Positions 54,211-64,000 of a stretch of DNA of 64,000 nt are shown here, piece by piece. Source of the DNA: the human T2T-CHM13v2.0 reference genome, Homo sapiens; NCBI RefSeq assembly GCF_009914755.1, contig NC_060925.1. One strand, 5' to 3'. The position numbers and the translations under genes were made by a program. The notes beneath the pieces are model-generated. The model searched no databases. It worked only from the letters and a program-made list of their open reading frames with translations, and was not told the DNA's origin. The stretch's first letter is position 1; each line of letters opens with the position of its first letter.

Positions 54211-56295
54211 ACCATCTTCCCCCAACCCAAATGGCTTCAGTCAAATAGAGCCTTGTAACAGATGGAAGTTGCATCCACACTTCCTCTTGCAAAGGTGGGT
54301 GCTGAACAGGGCTCCTCCTTGGCAAGAAGTTGACCACTGCTCTGGCTGAGCAATTCTAATGCTTCCCCTGGTGTCTGCTGGGATCACTGGGTAGTATTCA
54401 GTGGGCGGCTGATCTGGTCTGCAGGGGTCAAGGCAGCTTTACCCACCTGCAGGCATGGCTAGAAGGCTGGCTCAGCAAGGTCCCCCTCCTTCTCCAGGTG
54501 GCCTCTCTAGCACCACAATGGGATGTCTTAAGCAGCAGCTCAGGATGTACTTGTTCCCAGAGCCCTGAATGAAAGCTTCCAGCCCCTAAGGCTTGGGCTT
54601 GGAGATTGGCACACGTCTGCCACGTCCGCCAATTCTATTGGTCAAAGCAGTCTCCAAACATGTCTAGTTTCAAAGGGAGAGATCGTAGACCCCCCGACCC
54701 CCGCCATCTCTAATGCAGGAATCTCAAAGAATATGTGCCATCTTTCATCTACCACACATTCCTTCCTCTCATTATCATCACCTTCTTCATTTGCTGAGAG
54801 CTGGGGTCACAAGCCATTGTCTGGGGCCAAATTTGTCCTGCAGATTGTGTTAATTTGATCTACACTGGGGTTTCTGTTTTTAATTAGATGACTTGGACCT
54901 GCATAGACTCCCTGTCTCAACACTGGTCCCACCCTTCCCGCTGCCTGCCAGGGGCTCTCTCCTTGGCTCCTGGGGCCATCGTTTGGTGGTCCTGGACTAA
55001 CAGGTGCATGGGACCAGTCAGATGGGCCACACACAAGGACACTCATACATACAAATTATCAGAACTTTTATATAACTCATCTCTCCCAGCCCAATTTCTG
55101 GAAATAAATGCTGGTTCAACAAATGTGTAGACCTTTTCTGAAGTCTCCAAGATGGTGTTGGGGAAAGAGACAGGACTGAGAGACCCAGGGGCCTGTGTTC
55201 TTGTCACCGTACTGCCTGGTGGCCTTGAATAGATCGCCTGGCCTCCCTGGGCTGTTGCTTCTGCATTGTGCAGAACAAAGAAAAGATGTCACCCCTGCAT
55301 CGTGCAGGACAAAGGCTGGGGTCACCCCAAGTTTGAGGCCCAGCTCCTGCCTCTTGTCTCAGGCCGATCACTCCATCACTCTGGCCTCGGTTGCCTCCTT
55401 TGAAGATTGGGGCCATAACGTAAATCCCGTGGGGTGGTTGCAAGGATGAAATACAGTGCCAGGCACGGAGCACTTGGTCCTGACAGGCCCTCCTGTACAC
55501 TCTGATGCTCTGTGCCTGCGTGGGGCCTTCAGAGGCCAAACTCCCCCGCCCTAGCTGAGACTCACTCACCTCTGTGTCTAGCACAGGGGCTGACACATAG
55601 TAGGTGCTCAGGGAACCCTTGTTGGATTGGACTGACCCTTTGTCAAACAAAGCAGTAGCAAGAGAAATGAAAACGTGACTTTTTTTAAAAAAAAGAAAAC
55701 TTGTGCAAGAATGTTCTTAGCAGCTTGAAGCATAGCAGAGCCCAAGTGGAAACTGTCCAGGTGCCTTTTAACAAAAGAACAGCTTAACAAACATAGCGTC
55801 TCCTTGACATGGAATACTACTCAGTGATTAAAAGGAATAAACCATGGTACACACACAGCAGGGGTGGATCTAAAAAATATTATGCTGGGAGAAAAGAGCC
55901 TTCCCTGGAATCTACGTACCGTATAATTCGTTGATACGAAATTCTAGAACAGGATAAAATGTGACAAACAGATTAGAATAACGATCATCTCTCGGGTGAG
56001 GTTTGGCTGGGAAGGAGCGGAGGGAATTTTCTGGAGTAATGGTAGTGTTCTGCATCCTGAGAAGGGCTCAGCTTACACTGGTGCACGCATTTGCCAAAAC
56101 TCAAAAAGAACCCTGAGTGGTACTCTTGAGATTTGTGCAATTCATTGTGTGTAAATTTGACCTCAAAAGAAAAGGAATTGTAAATAAATATTGAACTCTA
56201 AATAGAAGGTTTAGGAGTAAACTGTACAGGTGTCTGCAGCTCACTTTGGAAGGCATCGAATAAATAAGGCTGTGTGGCTGCATCGAGAGGGATGA

Positions 56296-56985
<690 letters not shown>

Positions 56986-58569
56986 TAATTGTGGAAGCCA
57001 GGTAATGGGTATATGGGTGTTTGCCTTAAAGATTTTTACACTTTCCTGCATGTTGGGAAATGTTCGTAATCAAATGTTGGGGGAAGAAAACATGAAGCTA
57101 TAGAACTAAGCTAGGGCTTGTCTCTGAGCCTCATCTGTCAAATGCAGACAGCACTACCCAGACGGGCAACCCTGGGATCAAACGAGAAGCAGTGAATAAA
57201 GAGGAGCCCATGGGGACGTGGCAGGAAGCAACTTGATTCTTCTAAGCAAGCGGGGCCCCACCTCCTCATTTGGATCTCAGCTTACATGTGACCTTCTGAG
57301 GCTGCCCTCCCCTGGCCACCCATCTCTTGTAGCCATCACCCTATGTTAATGTCTGCATGGCAATTCTCTCTAGCTGATACATCTCTTCCATCTTCCTTAA
57401 TTTAAGGTATCTGTCTCCTGACAGTAGAATGTGGATTCGAGGAGAAGAGGGACATTGTCTTATTCATGGCAATATCTCTGGCACATAGTGGGGACACAGT
57501 AACTCTTTGTGGAATGAAGGAAGCAATGAGTAGGGCCTGCATATGCTCTATCGTAACCCCTCAAGTGCAGAATTCTGCCACCCAGAATTTGCCTAGTGTT
57601 AACGCCACCCCCATAGAACAGCAGGAAGAGAACTTAGCAATCAGCCATCCCCTGGGCCCCATTTAACAGATGGGGGAGCCAAGGCCCAGAGAGGGAATGC
57701 AAATTTCCCAGCATCCGCTACCAGTGAGTGGCTGAGCAGAGATGGGGCCCAGGTCTTCTAGCTCCCAGCTCAGTGTTCTTCCTCTCCAACTGGCTGCTGG
57801 AGCTCGTGGTAAAGTGCTGATTCCCAGGAACAGCCGGCAGATGGACAGACAGGCTTCACTGGGCTGGGCTGCCCTGATGCCATGTGTTAATTACAGCAGA
57901 CAGGATATGCCAGCCTAGCAATGTTTGCCGGTGCACCCGCCCCTCGTTTAGCAGGTGGGCAGGCTGGCGCAGGCCACTGATCTGCCACGGGTCTGCCGGC
58001 GGCCGATCATGCTGACACAGGCCCAATTGTGCACAGCGCCTGCTAAGTGGGGTGGGCCAGGCAGATTGGCACAGCAAGGGCCCTCTCCGAGGACTGGCAG
58101 CCCCTTCTGACTGCATTGGTCAGCCAGACTGGTACAAGCTGGGCATCTGTCCCATGATGAGCCCTTGCTGGACACAACCTGTCTACACAGGTGTGCCCAC
58201 TGACCGGCAGCCCGGGGGGTGACACGGGGACTGAGTGCTGAGCATGACCATGGGGAGACCTTGTAGGGGGTGTCATAGGCAGGGGATGTGGGCCAGAACC
58301 TCACACACAGGTACACAGATACTGGGATCAGATAGGACTCTGCCATGCTCCCGCCCCCCACACCTGCCCTGTTGACTGGTGGGATCCAAAAATCAAGTTT
58401 GCAGCCCTGAAAGAGGGGCTGGAAAAGTGGTCTCTTCTCTCCAACCCAATGCCTCTTCCCAATTGCCACTAGTTCTACTGTTCACACTGCAGCCAGGGGG
58501 ATTTCTCTGATACCAATGGAGCTGATCACTCTCCTGTTTGAAGCCTTCAATGGCTCTCCATTTCCCTCC

Positions 58570-58810
58570 AATAAAATAATAGTAATAATAATATGCATTA
58601 TTAGCATTTTACAGCTAACAGCACTCAGTTATAGCATGTGTACTATGTGAAAGACACCTTCTAAGCACTTTATAGGGAAGAACCCGATTCATCCTCCACC
58701 CTAGATGGTGGTGCTATTGCTATCCTCATTTTACAGGTAAGGAGACTGAGACAGGGAGATAGGAGATCTCAAATTGACTTGAACCTAGAGGTCTGACTCC
58801 AGAGCCTAAC
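58570..58810 (-). mobile_element. MIR SINE
   Basis: ctaagcacttt..cattttacaggtaaggagactgag..ttgaacctag. Confidence 0.75.
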
Positions 58811-59219
58811 CACTACCAAACCCAGACTCCACATGTGTGAGCCATGACCCTCCCACACCAGGCCCTTCTACACAGCACCCCCAGAACTTGTCCTGAACCC
58901 CCCTCACTCTCTACCCAAGCCTTGCCTTCTTGTTGATGCCTGGGGACCCCCATGATCTCCTCCTGTCTGCCCCGAAGGCTCTGCTTCAACCTCCAAAGCA
59001 GGGCTCAGGGTCCCCTTCTGGGCAGGGCCTGCCCTGGACCCTCCCTGGCAGAGCTCCCCGGCCTGCACGCCAGTGCCATTTCCACTCCATGTCAGCAGCC
59101 TGCTGCTGAGCGAGCACCTGCTGCTAATGTTTCTCTCCTGACCCCAACCTCCACCTCACCCATTCTGTGAACTCCCTGATGACCCCTCTGTCCACAGGCC
59201 TGGCCTGCAGGAGGTGTTT

Positions 59220-59385
59220 ATGAATGAAGAAATGAACGAATGAATGAATGAATGAATGAATGAACAGGTAAGTGAATGAATGAATGAACAGGTGAGTGAA
59301 TGAATGAATGAATGAACAGGCAAGTGAATGAATGAATGAACAGGTGAGTGAATGAATGAATGAATGAACAGGTGAGTGAAAGAAT
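59220..59385 (+). repeat. (GAAT)n L2-tail-type minisatellite with alternating 24/28-bp units, each containing CAG|GTRAGT or CAG|GCAAGT
   Basis: Donor-like motifs start at 59268, 59292, 59320 (GC), 59344 and 59372. Confidence 0.95.
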
Positions 59386-59451
59386 GGGAAGCTGAGGTCA
59401 CTGGGGTTACAGGAATGCACACCGAGGGTGTGTAGTGAAGAGTGGCTTTCT

Positions 59452-59848
<397 letters not shown>

Positions 59849-60803
59849 TTAAACTGGGAAAGAGCCCCCGAGCCCCTCTCTTTAGGGGCAAGCCATGTGA
59901 CCCTGAACCCTGTCTCTAATGCTGGGATTTTCCAAGAGCATACTTGTCGGGAGGCAGGGAGGAGGCAGCGAGGAGCTGGACATGATCACCTGGTCTGGAG
60001 GAGGGACCTGAGTATCTCAGGTGCTGCAGCTGTTCAGCCCTCGGTGAACCTGTGCTTTTAGGGTCTGGATTCCAAGCATCTGGATTTGGGGGTGTGGTGG
60101 AAAGAGGGTGTGCTTCGGAGCAAAGAGCCTGGCTCCCAGCTCTGCGGACTCCTCCCTCTGTGACCCTGGGCATGCCCCTCCCCTCTTTGGGCCTTGGCTT
60201 TGCCTTGTGTAAAATGAGAGCCCTAAATGGGACAGTCAAGGGCGCTCCTGCTCTGAATGACCTCCTAGGGCACCAAGGGTCCAGCAGTTGATGGCCCCCT
60301 GGGAAAGCTGCAAAGAGACCCTGGTGAGGAGTGGGCCTGGGGGTTCCGGACTGTGTATCCGGTTGTGGTTCCTGACCCCTGTGTCCAAATGACCTGATGA
60401 CGCTTGTTAAAAATGCAGAATAAGGACTGCATTCAGAAGTCACTGAGTTGGAACCTCCAGGATGGGCTTCCGGGGAAACTGACATTTTCAAACCCCACCC
60501 CCACTCTGGCCCAGGTGATTCCACTGTGCACTGAAGTTCGAATGTCTGGCATCTATCTGAGGCCCTTTCTATTTCCCCTGCTTCCTGTCTGCTAGCCCCT
60601 AAAGCATGAAGCGGGAGCGGGGTGCTGCATGGGAGGTGGAGAAGGAGGTCTCAGAGCTCCCATGCATGTGTCTGATAGAGTTTGGGGGGCTCAGGTGTTT
60701 GGGTCGTGACTGTGGGCTTTGTATTCGACTGGTGGGTGCCTATCTGGGCATGGGAAATGGCAAGGGAGATACAACCTTACATTTGCCAAAAACTCATCCC
60801 CTT

Positions 60804-60807
<4 letters not shown>

Positions 60808-60855
<48 letters not shown>

Positions 60856-60856
60856 A
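60808..60856. repeat. (CA)n microsatellite
   Basis: Read directly. Confidence 0.97.
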
Positions 60857-62669
60857 CCCTTTCCCGGAGTGAGGAGCAGGGTATATAATTGCACTTACAG
60901 CTGTGGGTGCAGGCATTGTGCATGCACGACACCGTAAGTCCACAAACTGACACGCAGCCCTGAAAATGCCTGCATACACTCTCTTACACTCCCTGTGAGA
61001 CCTCCTGGTCTTCCCTGTGCTAACATCTAAAACTACGCATGAACATTCTCATTATTACTTTGCCTTTCACACACATGTACAGCCTCGTAGGCAGCCTGGA
61101 AACACACCTATTTGTACAGTCATCCCTACGGATGCACAGATGCACACCCATACTCCGTTGAACACAGGCTTCCTTGTTCACAGCAGGCTCACCCACGCAG
61201 GATGGGGTCCCAGCTCACACCAGTGGCACACACCTCCTCACACTTGCAGGAGCACCTGCCCACATGTGGAGTGTGGGTCCTACAAAGAAGCTGCAGCCGC
61301 TCTCCTCCCTGCCACTCTCCCCCCAGCCCCCAGGCCCATCTCTGAGCTGCTGTCTGCCATCGCACGGTAACCGGATGAGACAGGCAATTTATGACACCAG
61401 CTGTCTCTGTCAAAACCGGATCTCCCACACACACCAGGGGAAGCCAATTACCTTGAGCCCAGCCCTGCCAGAAACCGGGGCCCACAAGGGAGAGCAGGGA
61501 CTGCCCAGAGAGGTGAGTGGCACCTGACATGAGGATTTTCTGCCTCTTCTTGTCTTTGGGCATCTGGTATCCTCTTCCCCCAGGCCCCCTTGGGGAGGAC
61601 AGAGCCTGCCCTACCCTCTCTGAGGCTGCTTCTCTGGCCCAGCTCCCAGGCCTAGGAACTGCAAGAGCGGTTTCAGGGTGGAGAACAGGTGGGCAGGGAG
61701 GTTTAGGGGAAGAGTGGTCCAGGGTCGTTATGGCAACAAGAAAGGGAAGAACCCTGTGCCCCTCCCCCTACACAGCAGGCGGCCAGGCGGCTGAATCATT
61801 CTCCCAGGCTTCCTCTCCGCCTTCATTCCCCTCACCTCTTCCCTCAACACCCCTGCCCTGGTTTTCCTCTCCCTAGAATACCTACTCCCTTTCTTGCCCC
61901 CCTGCCCGAAACTAAAGCCAACTCTACTACCTGAGCCACTTCCTGTCTGGACTTTGGAATCAGACCCATGTTCAAAGCTCTCCATTTCACCACCTCCTAA
62001 CTGGGAATCAGGGCAAATGGCATCCCTTCTCTGGCCATGGGTTTTGCATCCAAAAGAAAAAATGATGTTCATTCCTATAAAAACAAATGTTGAAAAGGAG
62101 TCTTCTAAGTACCAGACTCCGTTCTATAATCGGGGATGCAACATTGAACAAAATGAAGTCCCACCCTGGGCTTCAGGCTCCACTGCAGGAGTCGGAAACC
62201 ACACGTTTCAGAAATTTAGAAGAGATGAGTCAGTTTTCTCACTGTCCTCATCTGCTTTGTTTACAGCCATACTCCCAGCACCAAGCACAGCTCCTGAAAG
62301 GACCTCAAGCAATAGACAAACTCACAAAGGCACCAGTGGACTCAAGCTCTAGCCTGAGGTTGACTTGGTCTAGTGCCATCTTTGTGCCCAGCCTTGCAGG
62401 GCGCTTTCTAGGCATACTTTCTGAGTGGGTGGGATGGCGGCAGATCTGCTTAAGTGAACAGGAAGTCCGTTCCTTCCTTCACTGACTCATTGGTTCATTC
62501 CACAAATGCACATTGAGCATGTACTACGTGCCGGTTCCCATGCTAGGCTCCTGGGATCAAGTGAGATGGGCAAGGACTCCCACTTGATAGTTGCATGGCA
62601 GAAGTTTCTAGATTTGCTCATCACCTCCCACAGTCTAGAAGCTGAGCAATAAATTCACACTAACAGCAG

Positions 62670-62870
62670 TGTCCACTTGCCTTTGCATTTTGCAAGACGC
62701 TTTTACATATGTTTGTTTCTTTTAGTATTTCTCACAACTCTGGGGTGTGAGTTTGTTTAATATCCCTCGCGTTACAGATGAGGAAACTGAGGCTTAGAAA
62801 CAATCAGTGACTTGCCTGAGAACCCAGAGCCAGGGAGTGAAGCACCCACAGTAAAACTGAGTCCCTTTCT
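62670..62870 (-). mobile_element. MIR SINE
   Basis: ttacagatgaggaaactgaggcttaga..gtgacttgcc. Confidence 0.8.
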
Positions 62871-64000
62871 AGCCCTCATTGTCTCTTGCATTATCTAATT
62901 TAATGCCCTTTTCCCCTAACTACCATGAAAGGCAGGTATCGCCTTAGGCTGTTTACAGCCAGGGAGCACCTCTTGCCTGGGCTGGGATTGGAAGCTGTGC
63001 TGGGCTGACACAAGATCCCAGGTGCCATCCACTCCTCTATATCTAATCAGTTCATTAAAACCCTCCTTGCAAACACTCTCTCGGCTGCCTGGACACAGAG
63101 ACCTCAGCTGCTCCATTTCCAGGAGAGCAAATTCCTTCCTGGCTGGAGAGGAGTTGGGATAATGTAGGCAGGCAATTTAAACAGCCGGCAAAATACACCA
63201 GCAGTTTTCACTCTCTGCCACTATTACACTTTCCAGCCGTGGCGGGATTGGCCCATAAGTGGGATATCAAGTTTATTACAGCTATTTCCAACCTGTAATT
63301 GGTTTTGTGGAAAACAAAGAGAAGGAGGTTGGGAAGGTGGGGGGAGGTGATATTTTCCCCTTTTCTTTTTTTTTTTTTTCTTTTTCGGATGACAGCACCC
63401 AGGGACATTGGTGAGGCAGCCGAAGTTGGAGACTTATTTGTTTTTCAAATTAAACAGCCAGGCCGGTCAGCGGGCTCTCACACTGCTGGCTGGACTAAGT
63501 CCACCGGCCACGCTTTGATGACTCTACTTGAAAAGCAACCTGGCCTGGCTGCAGCCTAGATTTGCTGGTTGGGGTCAGGGGGCAGTCAGGGCCCAGAGGT
63601 GGGGTCTGGCAGCTCTGGAGCATGAGAAACTGTGGTCTCTAGGCTGACTCTTCTAGAATCAGAACACTGCGGGCATTCAGGGCAGCAAAGAGTCCTCAGT
63701 TTCCTCATGGAACATTTAGGGAAACTGGGTCCCAGAGAGAGGAACAGTGCAGAGACAACCTTTGGGACTTAGAACCTAGCTCTCTGCCTCTCAGAAACTT
63801 CTACACAGTGTAGCTGGTCATTTGGGGGAATTCCTGGCTGAGATGCTCTCAGCATGGGGAAGAAAAGAGACACCTGTTCTTAAGAACCCATGTTACGGTC
63901 TGCTGCCATCATTGCAGTCCACCCACCCTGACCAACCTCCCTACTTCGGACTTAAGAAAAATACGCAATAGCTAATATGATGGAGCACTTTCTGTTACGA

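Noticed and set aside
59220-59385. CRISPR-like repeat-spacer periodicity
   Set aside because: Eukaryotic DNA; the spacers are non-unique GAAT runs and no cas genes are present.
62274-62294. Second RE1-like sequence CCCAGCACCAAGCACAGCTCC
   Set aside because: The critical GG of the right half-site is GC and the left half also mismatches.

Overview
Primate (very likely human) genomic DNA from inside IGSF21, a neuronal Ig-superfamily adhesion gene on the + strand. The only supportable coding sequence is one 113-nt exon at 6080-6192 (..[38 protein letters not shown]), recognised from memory as exon 2. The rest is intron, rich in Alu, MIR, L2, L1, THE1/MLT/MER66-like LTRs and hAT MITEs; repeat family names are by eye and many boundaries are approximate. 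The other ORF-track entries look like noise. Most interesting signals: (1) a candidate poison exon at 59198-59267 whose donor is repeated five times inside a (GAAT)n tract, suggesting TDP-43 repression; (2) a second candidate poison exon at 9971-10010 next to (GT)21; (3) a near-perfect REST/RE1 site at 34681; (4) two long local inverted duplications (27.6/28.6 kb and 38.7/39.5 kb) that could form pre-mRNA duplexes; (5) a hairpin plus (CCCTAA)n element at 32.5 kb; (6) a helically phased octamer cluster at 8.65 kb; (7) a ~175-190-bp local direct duplication at 15.3/15.9 kb.
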